A stretch of 50,437 nucleotides of DNA. It comes from Collodictyon triciliatum. Lineage: Eukaryota. The stretch lies in the NCBI GenBank assembly GCA_043381765.1, contig JBHJMP010000840.1, positions 1 through 50,437 on the forward strand, given 5' to 3'. Both the position numbers and the translations under genes were made by a program. The notes beneath the pieces are model-generated. The model did no database searches. It was given only the letters and a program-made list of their open reading frames with translations, and was not told the origin of the DNA. Within the stretch, counting starts at the first letter, position 1. Every line of letters starts with the position of its first letter. This document shows positions 11,158 to 24,660 of the stretch, piece by piece.

Positions 11158-14100
11158 CTACGACGAAATCTTTCGACGGGCCTCGATAAGTGATGAGAAC
11201 CACGCATCGCGTTCAGCCTGTGGTTGTATCAAGACAACTTTGTTAATCAGGACCCGACCTGTACTCTCGTACTCTTTATTCAAATAACGATGATTGCATA
11301 NNNNNNNNNNNNNNNNNNNNNNNNNNNNNNNNNNNNNNNNNNNNNNNNNNNNNNNNNNNNNNNNNNNNNNNNNNNNNNNNNNNNNNNNNNNNNNNNNNNN
11401 NNNNNNNNNNNNNNNNNNNNNNNNNNNNNNNNNNNNNNNNNNNNNNNNNNNNNNNNNNNNNNNNNNNNNNNNNNNNNNNNNNNNNNNNNNNNNNNNNNNN
11501 NNNNNNNNNNNNNNNNNNNNNNNNNNNNNNNNNNNNNNNNNNNNNNNNNNNNNNNNNNNNNNNNNNNNNNNNNNNNNNNNNNNNNNNNNNNNNNNNNNNN
11601 NNNNNNNNNNNNNNNNNNNNNNNNNNNNNNNNNNNNNNNNNNNNNNNNNNNNNNNNNNNNNNNNNNNNNNNNNNNNNNNNNNNNNNNNNNNNNNNNNNNN
11701 NNNNNNNNATAATTCACTTGAAGAGACACGTATCCGCGTCGAAGAAGCGACCCGGGAAGAAGCTGGAGGTGGTGAGTTCATAATCAGGAAAGGAAAAGGA
11801 AAAGGAAAAGGAAAAGGAAAAGGAAAAGGAAAAGTAAATAAAAAAAAGTAATAAAAAGGGAACTTCATTGGGCAGCTGTGGTGGATTTGAATCTGCCAAC
11901 TGAAGGGCGTGTTGTAGGTCTTGGCAATCCTGAGGCGTGTTAGGAAAAACCTCATACCTAAATAATGAGTGTTTAGTTGCGGATGAACAAGGAGTCGCTG
12001 TGGCTCTGCGGATATGTCTATCAAGAGAGGGGTAGCGAAGGGGGTATAAATCACCTGTGGAAATCTTTGAAAAATATGCGTATGCAAGTTGTTCCTTCGG
12101 TCTTGAATTCAAAAATGTCATGCAACCCCCAATACTTCCGAACAGAGCCATCCAAGACGTTATTGAGCCGCTATATTTCAAAAGTTTGAATAAACAAAAC
12201 AAAAACGATGAAGTGAAAAGAAGGATTGATTGAATGAATCTAAATTAAAGCACCTTGTTTTTGAAATCGACTTGAATGATGCGTGTTTGAGAAACTGTGG
12301 TGATATGGAATGAGATAATGAATCAAAACCAACAAAATACAACACGCATCAAAATTGCTGTTCATAATAGGATTCATGGCTTTATAGTACAAGTAAACTA
12401 ACGTCCTCGTTTGTTCAGTTTCACCACTGAGACATTTACAGAATTCATGCAAACGACCATGGATGGATTAATTGCAATCGAGGCCCCGTCTGATGCAGCT
12501 TCGTTCAAGGCTGCCTCCCATCCGTCTCTCTCAGGCTTAAGGTTTGGAATAAGAATAAATAAATAGATAAATAAATAAATAGAATTACATTGATAATAAT
12601 CGCTTATGAAAACACCTCAACTATCATGATTTATTTTTGTAAAAAAAAAGTTAGCGAATCGATTAAGTTACGCAGAAAACGGATTGAGTTCAAAGGAAAC
12701 AGTTAATATCACAAGTGCTTACCCGTGACCTGAATCTCAATGAGTATTCGCGTGATTCGTCCTTTAATTCCAATGACAAATCTTCTCCTTGAGTAACTTT
12801 CATCGCCGGGCATAGAGCCAATATGTTGACTGGGTATACATCCTAGGAGTGATTCATTAATGAGCTAATACATATGCAAGACAATATGTGATGTAGACAA
12901 ACAATATCTTGTTACATGCATTTATAAGAATGTTACAAAACATCAATATTATTTATTTGGTTTCTTATGCAATTAATCAAAATGGATGCTTCTTATGTGA
13001 ACCTGCGCTGTTTTGAAAATAAAGAGTTTTTTTCGGTATAGTAAAAGCCAACGCAAAGACCACGCACGGTTTCCAAGCTTCTCGCAGCTTCCACGTTTGA
13101 CACAGTCTCCGATTTTGAACTGATATTCAAACTTGGTCAGATTATTTTCCAAATAAAAAAACTGCGAAGCTTGTAATGAGCTTTTCTTCTTGATATTTTA
13201 GATGACCTGAGGGGGGATGGAGCGAGGATTCAAGTCAATTATATTCTTGAATGCAAAGAACATGTCAGCTGCATCTTTTTCCGAGGAAAGCTTGATTTTG
13301 TACCTGCGTGTTTCATTATATTATTAGAATTAACATATATGTAAATGGGTTAAAATTTAAGTAGAGACATACAAATCAGGTCCTCTGAATCGAATGTCCA
13401 CGATAAATGAGTTGGATGCATCCTTCACACAATCCTCGATATCGTGGAAGGTGAAGACCTTGTGAATATCACCTAATGTTATTGATATCAGTCAATATCG
13501 CAACACAAGAACAACTATCTCGAATATCGAGATACATGGCATTTTTGAATCATGCAGGGATGTATCTAGCTTTACCTTTCTTGACAACATTTACTTTCTG
13601 TATATTGTAGTCAACTTGGATGATTCTTTTTTTGAAGTTTCCTTTTTGCTGATTTTAAATTATGAAGTATTTAGTAAGAATATGTGTCGCACATCGACGT
13701 TTCAGTGAATACATTAATACATATGTAATGATTGAGTTTATTAACCTTGTCTTCCTTTTTGCAATCAAAGTGGAGACAACTTGTCGCCGCCAAGTGAGAC
13801 GGGAGAGGAGCACGAGATTCGCTATCTGCGATATCGAAGTTTTTTTTAAAAAAAAAACCCCCCGTAAAGTAGGGTTTCTTTAAAGAGCGAAGAGAAATAA
13901 AAATAAAGTAAAAACAATCAAGTGGTACATTTGAATGACGTAAAAAAAAAAAATTAAATAGACATTTGAATCGCTTACCAGTAGATGAGATATGGTCTTT
14001 GGAGGCTGCGATAGCCTTAGAGATATCTTCGTACCATACGCGTTTGTGCTCCTCTGAAGCCAGGCTATAGACAATGATAATGATAATAGTGAAAGAGGCC

Positions 14101-17100
14101 ATGAAATTATCAAAATACTAAAATTAAATTAATGATTATAAAAAATGGTGAGTAATAAAGTGATGTTTATATCATCGAAATTTAATCTCAATGAAAAGAA
14201 CTTATTAGAGCTTCTTAAATGTTGATATTTACCGAATAAAACATGTTGATTTCGGATTTTTTATTTGTATGGTTAGTGCTCGGTTATCTAATTATATTGT
14301 GTAAATTAAGTAATTGAAGAAGGAATCGATTTATTATTATTGATTGTAAATGGAAGTTGGCATAATTACGCGAGGCATCTTGGTTGTCTATAATTTCTGT
14401 TTCACTCAAGTAAAGCAGCTTGTGGAAAAAGTAAAGAGGCTTGATTTTGTTTGGAACGGGTGTGGCGAATCTGAGCATTTTATGTTATGAATCAGTTCAT
14501 TTTTCTTCCATGATAAACATGAATGCGCAGTAGTGTGATGAGAATATAAAATGTAAAATTATGGTTCCTTACAGCATCGCATCGTTGAACAGAAATAAAT
14601 GTCTTTTTTTCGCAACATGGCCACTATCGTACTCAATTTGGCCCTCTCGAATATATCTCCTCATGGGGTCGAATACCTTTTCCTGTGTCAAGACTTTGAG
14701 CTTTTTTTTTTTTCATAGTGGTAAGTTTTTTTGCTTCAATTTTACTGACCTTCAATCGTCCAACACACATCTTCTGGATATTTGCCAATTTTTCAAGGTT
14801 TTCTTGTAGTCGCCCCATTTCAGCACGCCCCATTCTCGACGCAGAGGGGAAATACTCTTTCATGTACTAATCAAAATTTATCGGGCTATTATCCGCTTTC
14901 CGTCATTTACCATCATGAAATCACTTCGATATAGGAGAAGGGTTACCTTTTCATCCACAACTGGGCCTTCCATGAGGCTAAGCTAAAATTGTTCGTTCAA
15001 TTACATATGAGATAGGAGCAAAGGTGACTATGATAGTGACTTTTCATATGTTTGCTTCTTTTTCTTTTCCATTTGTTTTTGATTTCATCGGTTTACATCA
15101 TCAAGGAACATGGCAATTCACATGTAACAAAAGCTTACATCTGGGCCTCCAGCTACATCATCTCCAGTCTTTACTCCGTTCCGTGCTTCTTGTCCAGAAA
15201 AGAATTTCAGATAAGCATTGATGAACGCACTCGCCTGCATTTTAGAAGTAAAAATATATCAATATCATTCCACATAAAAAAGTATACTGCCAGAATAAAT
15301 AAAGCTATTGAGATATAAGATAATAAAATAAAAAGGAGGGAAGAAACTCATCACCTCCACATCCAGAGAATAAAGAACAGAAAGTTTGATTGAGAGGCGA
15401 AAGCCTTCAGCCACGAGAGTCGCTCTATTTACATCGTATAGGGCCTAAATCATAATTGTGATGATTACTATGTATCAAAACGTGAGCTCCCAAGGACACA
15501 TTGCGACTAACCTGTGTCTTTCCTGTGTTTGCCGATTGGCTTAAGGTTCCGAGGAATGAGTACCAGGAATCCTAATATAAAACGAGTTTAGTTGCTCGAG
15601 TAAAATCAGTGTTGACAAATGAGTGAGTTCAAATGGCGATGCACATATTCAATATTTTATTGGGTTTGATTTGAATAAAAAAAATGCATCAAAACTCTAG
15701 CTGAATCATATGTTAATTTCCCTAGAATACAAACCTTAAACATCAAACGTGGTATATCTGTGTATGATGCCAATAGAAACAGTCTAGGTGCTTCATGAAA
15801 ATTTCTTGAGCCCAATATGCCCTATGCAAGGCAGAACACAGATAAATATGCGTAATTATCTGGGTTTTTTTTTCTCAAATATAAGGCATACCAAACTGCG
15901 GGTCAGAATCCGATCACCCTCCCACTCAAATAACATTGCTTTCTTTTTTGATGGACTCAATCCTTCATGTTGTAAAGTAATGTATAATTTCATTAAAAGC
16001 AAACTAAATTACAAAATCCCATAAAGAATGTAAAACTGTAACTATATGAAATATATTGATCAGTGTGCTATTTGAGAACCTGAAGGAATTTTAGGTTCTT
16101 CTGTTTCCTTCATTTTGATTTCATTTGTCACAATCTCTTTATAAAGGCTTTCCAAAAAAGAAGACGACAGGTCTTTTCCACCATCAATCCCTCGATTATT
16201 ACGAATAAACTATTATTTGGAGTAAAATTGAGTTATATTAAAACAAGCGTACTTAAAGTATGATGAGTATATGAGAGAAAATTCATGATCTTATGAAAAT
16301 TAGAATAAATGAGCTCAAGTTTGAACCTCTTCAAGACTCATCTTCTTTTTAACCATAGGGTTATGGGCATCTGTGTTGAGCATGATAACAGAGTATGATA
16401 AAACATACGCCGTTTCTATGTACAATTAAAATATCACTACTTGATGTTACAGACTATCTATCTATCATCATGATTTTTTAATTAAATGACAATCAGATAC
16501 TAAATTCATAGGAATACATTCTGACTAAGTTAACATAAAGCGTAGAATAAGAGGCAAAGGCGATGATATATACTTTATAATGAGAGTATTATATAAAGAG
16601 ATTACGAACCAGCAGTACTGAATACGGTGGGATTATGTTTGCAGTATCGCTCGGTAAAAATCTCTAGCATGCGAGAAATTTTTTGGGCCTCTCCAGGAAG
16701 GCGAAATCCAGAGAGATAATATCTAAAAAATATATGTATATCAAAAAACTTTTCCAGAACCTTTCTTTTTTTCTTTTTTTTTTTTTAGATTTTAGATTTG
16801 TAAGGTACGACAGAAAGAAAATATACATAATTTACCTGAGTGCACCGTCAAATGTCATATTCATAAATGAGAGACCCTCGACATACTCTCGCAGAACGCT
16901 TATATTGAAATCGTCTCTAACGAAATTTGATATTTAAAATTCACCACTTTTTCATCTCTTGAATTATTAGAGTAGTGTCGCTTGATTTGATTTTATTGTT
17001 TTGTTTTTTTTTTGTTTTGAGCTTTGACTTGCTTTCATATAAATTGACGAATCCTTAATTAAAGGCATACCCTTCTCCAAGATATTCTCCAACTTTCGAT

Positions 17101-20100
17101 TTGTCCAAAAGATGAGTGCCACGCAGAAATGTCGCAATCGACACTGCCGTATTCTCTATCATTTTATTCTCGATAAGGTGTGCAATGCCCTATTATTCGT
17201 CGGTTATGTCAAAAAGAAAAGAAAGGGTCTTTGCACAAAATATCAATAGCCTGAAATACTTAAAGTATAATATATGTACTGCAGGGAGATATTAGTGAAT
17301 GGCACCTTGTTTGGCTTCATATTAAAATTTTCCAGGCCTTTTCGAAAAGTAGATTTTCTTTTTTGCATGTCTTCAAGAAACTGTGCCAGTCACTAGTTAA
17401 CACGACATTTCTGGTAGACATGGAACAGGATGAAAGGAAACCGCAAATACTTCAAATGTGTGCATAGAATTTTAAAAACCTGAATACACTGCTCACGTCC
17501 TTGGGGCAGACTAGAATAATTTTCAATCAAGTCTGAAGGGAAGTGGTCAGGCGATTCATAGCCAATTTTGCACCAACGCACCATGCTTAAAAGAACTATA
17601 AACCGAAAGCCGGTTACTAATAGGAACATAATGCTCGAAATGATATTAGTATCGACTTTAGCATGTATGCATAAGATAAGGAAAATTACTGTCAATAAGG
17701 GCCTGAAGTCCGAATGTTTCAAAGGTATTCTCTGAATCAGGATCATCCATTTTAGACAGAGAGCCGAGTGAAACTTTGGTCAACAAATCAACCAATCTAT
17801 CGTACAGACAACCAGTTAAGATTCCTTTTTTCGTTCATAATCAGAATACTCCCTTCCAAAAAAATGAGGGCAAGAATAGTTTTAGAAGTTATGAAACATA
17901 TATTTATAATTTTCACATGTAATAATAAAATAGTTCTAAACTAAATTTTGTTCTTTTTCGAATTATATTTATAATAAAGGAGTTTGCCTGAGGAAAATGT
18001 TTTCTTCTTTGACGTCGTTGTCATAGTTGAGAAAAAGTTCGACGATGATGAGTTCGTTCTAATTTTAAAAGAATTAGATCAATTTCGTACGAGAATGATG
18101 CTAAATACAGCCCATATACTTGGGGGAAAAATATCATCTAAAGGCCGTGTAAAATGAAAGAAACCAAACAAAAGGCAAAACGGATTAATGACCCATCGTG
18201 AAGGATTTTACCTTGCATAATCTGTTCAGGACTTGAATCAATTTAATTTTGTGTCCGTCAGGTGTGTATTGACTCTCGAGAAGGCGAAGGTATATCTCTG
18301 AGAAAAATACTCCAATCTCCGTCTGAACAAAGATGGGTTACGGATGTTTTCAGAGTTGGGAGGACAGATCACTCGCTTGAATAGTTTGATCAAATTATTG
18401 CAAAAAGGACTTACCTTTAGATGAATTCTAAACTTTTCAATAAGCATGTACATGAAGTTGAGAGAATAATGAAAGAAGGTTGGATTCAAAGACACACTGG
18501 TAACCACTAGCGCATGGCAAAGATGTTCCTATCGAACGAATGGATGTGTCCATCAAAAAAAAATAGATAAAATAATCCAGCATCATGATATGTATAATAA
18601 AAAGGAAAGTGGATCAGGAGATACCTTAACAACCCGTATGAAAGATGAATTCTTTGATATTACATCATCTCGGCGTTCTATAATTGACAACAATGCCTCG
18701 TAGGCCAAGATTTTCCCTTGTTCATCTACGGACTCATCTTCGCTACTCCATGGTTTTTCGGCAGAACTGCGTTTTGGAATTGATTGACATCAATAAAATT
18801 TCTAACTATTCCGATAGTGTTGATGTGGGCAACAACACGTCTAACATTTCGGGATAAATGCTTTGATGGTCATCAATCACATAATTGAAAGAGAACAAAA
18901 TGAAAAGCGAACTACTCTTGATTTGGTCGGCGCAAGAGGATTCGACAGAAGGATATCATCATATTGCATGCATTTCTGCCATCAAATTTGGTATTTAGTT
19001 TAATGAAGTGAAAAATTATGATGGCGTTTTCGCACGTGGGAGTAGTTGCTGGAAAGAGATATAGTGATTGGAATGTACGATATATATTGTGATTACCTGA
19101 GTGCTGGAGAGAGTGAAGACACATGGGCCTCATTCGAAACCGAAAAAACATCCCTATATTGTTGGTATGTGGAGGTCTTTGTGGTCTTGCCCTGCCATAT
19201 GAATGAATAAGTAATTGTTCGTTTGAGATTAAATGGCTTCCTTTGCATGCATATGATTACCTCGCTTTTAGAAACAGCTTCTGAAATCATTTTATGGACC
19301 ATTCTTTCACAGAATATATCTATTGTGACATCAGCCTCCTCATCAGCCAGTTCTGTAACATCGCCATCAATTGGACTCAGCACCGATTCATCCGTTTCTC
19401 TTTCTACATCATAGTTGATTTATACGGGTAATAGTCATTTAATTCTATTGTATAATTTAAAGTAATATGAAAAAGGCAATTATGCGTAATCATTCCAAGG
19501 AATGAGTTTATTAAGGTATGATATTATACCATTTTTATAGGAGAAAACTGTCTCTGAATCATCACGAGGACTTGTATTACTGATAACATCGCTGATTCGC
19601 ACGCTCTTTCGAGAGAAAAAGCCATCGTCAAGTCGGTCAAGCACAGACTGCACAATCTGCATGAGGGTGGTTCGTGCAACTTGCAAAAGAGCCGGGGATT
19701 TTTGTGAGGTGAGTCTGACGGAGTAGCATGTGTCCATGATCCTCATGAGGGAATGGTCGTTGATAGTGCATGTCCGAGATGTTACCAGGGAGCCGAGGAA
19801 CTATATGGTGATTGATAGGTGAATAATGAGACAGACAGAATTGATCTTATTGGTAGATTACAACATCGATCAGGCTCCTTGATGCTATTGTTGATACAAA
19901 GGAGCAGTGATTTACAAGCTTTTCATAACAATACCTGCACAAGTTCAGACAATAGATCCTCCGAGGGGTCTCGTCGACAGCTGCAGATTAAATCGATTGT
20001 TGCATCGAGTGATAGACAATATCCTTCATAAGAATCTTGAAGAACCAAAGAGGGAGACGAGCTGCTTCGACTTGACCCTGTAGCAACAATTCATGTTAGG

Positions 20101-20196
20101 AAAATGCCTTTGTGAATCTCTGTCATACGTATACCAATTCAGGAAATGAAGAAATACGCAGCTCTAGTTAAAATCATCATGTTAACACTAATTCTA

Positions 20197-20231
<35 letters not shown>

Positions 20232-21382
20232 AGTGATATTGATAATCACAGTAAAAGTGATAGTAATAGTAATAGTGATAGTGATAGTGATGATAGTGAT
20301 AGTGATAGTGAAGGTGATAGTGATAACAATAGTAATAGTAATAGTGATAGTGATAGTGATAGTGATAGTGATAGTGATAGTGATAGTGATAGTGATAGTG
20401 ATAGTGATAGTGATAGTGATAGTGATAGTGATAGTGATAGTGATAGTGATAGTGATAGTGATAGTGATAGTGATAGTGACATCAATAGTAAAAGTGATAA
20501 TGATAGTGATAGTGAAGGTGATTTTTCACATACCAGTCTTTGCCTTGGGACTAGGACGGAAAGCAAGGTCGTTTGTGAACGATAGAACCTCATTTTCGAC
20601 TAGTTTCTATATACATATTTATTTTAGAAAACTTAAGTGCAGTATATTTCAGAAACTAGAAAGGCGCTTCAAAACGCCATTAATTTACAGGATAACTCAA
20701 ACGATCAATTGAACAAAGAAAAAATAAACCACCGAACAAAAATAAGTAAATTCAATAGAAATGAACAAATCAATCAGATAGAGAAGATCACGGTGAACCT
20801 GTCCACAACGGAGGACTTTGCCTAAAAGGCGATCCTTTCTTGCTGTCATCGCAGATAGAAAAGCATTCAGGTATGAATGCGGTGGGCTGTGGATTTAAAG
20901 CCAAAACAGACTTTAAATAAACAGGTAGATAAATGAAAGAAAACAAGAAAGGTTGTGTAGTCATATATCTCCAAGGAAACGAAAAAGAGAGGGTAGAATG
21001 GACAAAAAAAAAAGTCATACATGCTCCCGTCCAGCTTTAAGTCACGAAGCTCATCTATGTTGAAATTCTTAGTGTGAATACCCAAGTGTTTGAAAAGAAG
21101 AAAACTGCAGAATCTTCGAATAGTTATTTTTCTTTCAACAAGCCAACACGATGAATAACCGAAGAAATAAGAGAGGAGGTTTAGAAGAAAGTATTATCTC
21201 TAAGTGTCTATCGAACAACGCTTTGTCTCAGCGAAAGTCAAACCTAAGAGAGCCTTCAAATGCAAGAGAGTTGTTTGGTCTTTGCTCTGCGAAGAAATCG
21301 AGCGCATCAAATCCTCAACAGACTTGATCGACGCAAATATGTTTTCTTGCCGCTCTCGCAGCCCCAGCGTCGCCAGTTCCAT
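11158..21382 (-). CDS. Large Sec7-domain Arf guanine-nucleotide exchange factor (BIG/GBF-like DCB-HUS-Sec7) with C-terminal tandem PH/PH-like domains, many exons; spans an assembly gap
   Basis: DCB-like segments: VLRCGQ|KLVE and [19 protein letters not shown] region: [17 protein letters not shown] and [15 protein letters not shown]. Sec7 domain: [54 protein letters not shown] (catalytic Glu at about 16690), [32 protein letters not shown]. These are followed by an HDS1-like segment and PH-type motifs ([59 protein letters not shown]). Stop at 11158. Confidence 0.88.
11301..11708. other. Assembly gap (N run) within the Sec7 gene
   Basis: N bases. Confidence 0.99.
11787..11833. repeat. (GGAAAA)n microsatellite, intronic
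   Basis: Tandem hexamer. Confidence 0.9.
20197..20522. repeat. (GAT)n grading into (GTGATA)n microsatellite in a Sec7 intron
   Basis: Tandem tri- and hexanucleotide arrays with degenerate flanks. Confidence 0.95.
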
Positions 21383-22167
21383 CCTGTTTTCTTGTCCCTC
21401 ACGGGTCTTTGTTTGGGCGCTTAGAGAGCGGGAACAACGAGACACGAAAGGAGTGGTCTTTTAGTCTGGTGTGTTTTCGAAGGAGAGAAAAAAAAAAAAG
21501 AAATTGAAGAGAAACAAAGAAAAATGAAAAAGTGATGAAGGACAAAGATAAATGAAAAAGTGACAAAAAGATAAAGGAAAATGATAAAAGATGAAGGAGA
21601 AGTAGAAAAAAGAAAAAAATGAGAAAGGGATCGGCCGACAACCACGTCCAGCTATTTGTGTGTATCTCGCTCACAAGCCTGTTTTTCGGGTGCGACTCGC
21701 AAATGACATCGCAACAGACGCAGCTTGGGTGATCATCTGATCGAAAAACAAAGGCACAAGTTCTGTGAAAAAATCCGCATCTGGACTTCTCGTATAGAAT
21801 GGATTCACCGTATTTTGTACCAAACTTGCTCATTATACCGACAAAGCCACTACTTTATATTCTCTACATCAATTTGATGAGCTATTCATATAGACCTATG
21901 TATTATAAGCTTTAAAATAATTTAATATAACGTACGATAATATTTTCCAGAATTATACTTGACATAATTCCGCCTTTGGCTGGCAAAGTAACGCCGCCTT
22001 TCCAGCATCCAATCTGCACAAAACCAAGCCCACCACATTGCTGTCATTCTTAGCCAATAATGAAACACTCACGTGAATACGCTTCATGGCAGGAGAGAAG
22101 CAAACACTCAGAGGCGCTCTTTGTTTTCACAAGGAACCTACAAGTCTTCCCGGATAAACGTCAGCGA

Positions 22168-23875
22168 ATGCCCCAGCCTAAGCGTTGTGTCGCGATTGGG
22201 GCCGCGATTCTTGTGATAGGCACGATATTAGCCAGCCAACTGATCCAAGGACAAAGCCTGAGGAATCCGCGGACAAAAGATGGAATGGAGGTTTTCAACA
22301 ACTCTTTTGTTGGGGGATTTCACCGGATGGCAAAAGCAAAGGGTGGCAAGCACAATGCTGTCGCAAAGGCCGATCCATGTCTCCTTATCGGAATTACATA
22401 CAGCAACCAAATGGTTAGGCAGACACTCCGAGAAACCTGGCTGCAATGGACCGACGGGTTGTGTATTGAGTACCGATTTATTGTCGATTCTAGCCAACCA
22501 GGCTCTACTGATTCTGAAAATAAGGTATCTCAGTTTTTCTTCATCATCATTTAAGGTTACTACAAGGTATGGTAATTTTTTTTATTTTAGCCAGATGTAG
22601 TGCAAATAGGTTGGCTAAAGTTCTCATTTTTTTTAATCGGTTGCACATTTTTTCATACATACTTATGCATCGATATAGCCATTTTGTTGCTCTATTTATG
22701 GTCAACCTATGTAGATTGAATCTCAGAAAAGAAAAGAGGAGCTTGCAAATGAAAATCAGACACACAAAGATCTCTTTGTTATTCATGGTAAGCTGACATA
22801 AATTATTTATCGTTATTGTTGTAACTATCACTTGTAAAAAGAAAAGAGTAGCAGAAATGAATTGATTGAGATTAAGTTGGTTTTTGGACTCTGGAGATAG
22901 GCATCAAAGGATTTTTGTTCTTTCCCTGTTGTATTATTGCTAATTTATCTTTATCTTTATTGTTATTGTTATTCAAGGCTCAAGCCGCAAGAAATGGAGC
23001 TCCTCAAAGCTACTCATGCGTTTTTTAGTATATGCTGAAGTGACATTTAAATATGGTTCGTCAATCCTTGGTTGTGTCTACTGCCATTCAAAATACTGCA
23101 ATTCCTTCATTTTTATCTAATATTGGGAATGGTGCTCAGACTTTAGTTAATTCTGACATAATATCATCGAATGGTATAGACTTTTTCGCCGTGGTGAATG
23201 CGCACTCATTTGTTTGCCTGAAGCGAGTGATGAACGAAATGAGGCAGATATCTGAGAATCTTTACATAAATGGGTTGGTATCGTGCACATCCCCTACTAT
23301 GGCTTCGTATGAGGACGATTTTATGTATTTCAGCAGAGATATAGTCCAAATGCTCCTCCTGAGAAACGAGATTTTAGGCGTTTTTCCCAAATGTCTCTTT
23401 GCCCAGTCACTATCGATATGGCTTTCTGGAACTCTTGCAAAGTTCCATCATGATAATCGAATTATTCCAATAAAGAAACTGGCAGACAAGGTTTGTTGCG
23501 TATATTTAGTTGTTTATATATAATCTTTTCACAGCACTATCTACATGATTGGTCAAAGTCCCTCTGGTCAAGTCTTTAACATACAACTACTCACAATTGC
23601 TTCAATTGTATGACAAAAAATTATTGTCAAATAATAATAATGAATAATAATAGCAATAAAAATAAAACACGTAGGCCCAAGAATATCAAAAAGATATATG
23701 CAAATCAGGATTGTCCCTGACAAGACTTCAAGCGCCCCAGATACGGGATATATGGGCTTACGAAACAACTACTCCATCCAATCAAATCGACAGTATTTCA
23801 TACAAACCCAAAGATTCCATTTTGCACTGTCCTTATCCTCTCAGCTTTGCTGCAAAAAACTGTATCTCTGGTTGA
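22168..23875 (+). CDS. Type II membrane glycosyltransferase family 31 (beta-1,3-galactosyltransferase/Fringe-like) fold protein; DxD motif absent
   Basis: N-terminal signal-anchor CVAIGAAILVIGTILA, then LLIGI..., RQTLRETW, YRFIVD, LANENQTHKDL, FKY|DFFAVVNAHSFVCL, YFSRDIV and LSIWL. Approximate exons 22168-22524, 22715-22787, 22978-23055, 23180-23490, 23676-23875. The last exon and stop are tentative. Confidence 0.7.
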
Positions 23876-24149
23876 ACAGGAAGATGTATTCATTCGGCAA
23901 GGAGCCTGGGTGTGTTTTGTGTTCGCTGTGGGCGGCACAATGAGCCCAGACTACTGCCCTCGGTGTGGATAAAACGGAAACTATATTCCAGAAAAATGCT
24001 TGTCTCTTTACATATAATTAACCTAGATAAGGAAAAATAGTTTGACAGACTATCGCCCGAACGGATTTGCTCTGATTCTGATCAAACTAACCTACTTAGC
24101 GTTTGGCTGTGTTGCGTTGGAGATTCACACGAAGCAGGCGTATTTTATT

Positions 24150-24500
<351 letters not shown>

Positions 24501-24660
24501 ATCTTATTTATTCACCATGAAGTAACTGATCACACATAACTCTTTCAAATAAAAAACCGCCGTGCAGATAATGAACCCCAAAAGCTACACACACACCCAT
24601 TTCTCGTGCATTCATGTAAGTCCTTTGTAGCAAACACCAGGGCAGACCAAAGGATCTTTT

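Noticed and set aside
14560-14870. Possible RhoGEF (DH) domain before the first PH of the Sec7 protein
   Set aside because: The PH resembles DH-associated PH domains, but no DH motifs (TExxY, PxQRxxxY) are visible and the space is too short.
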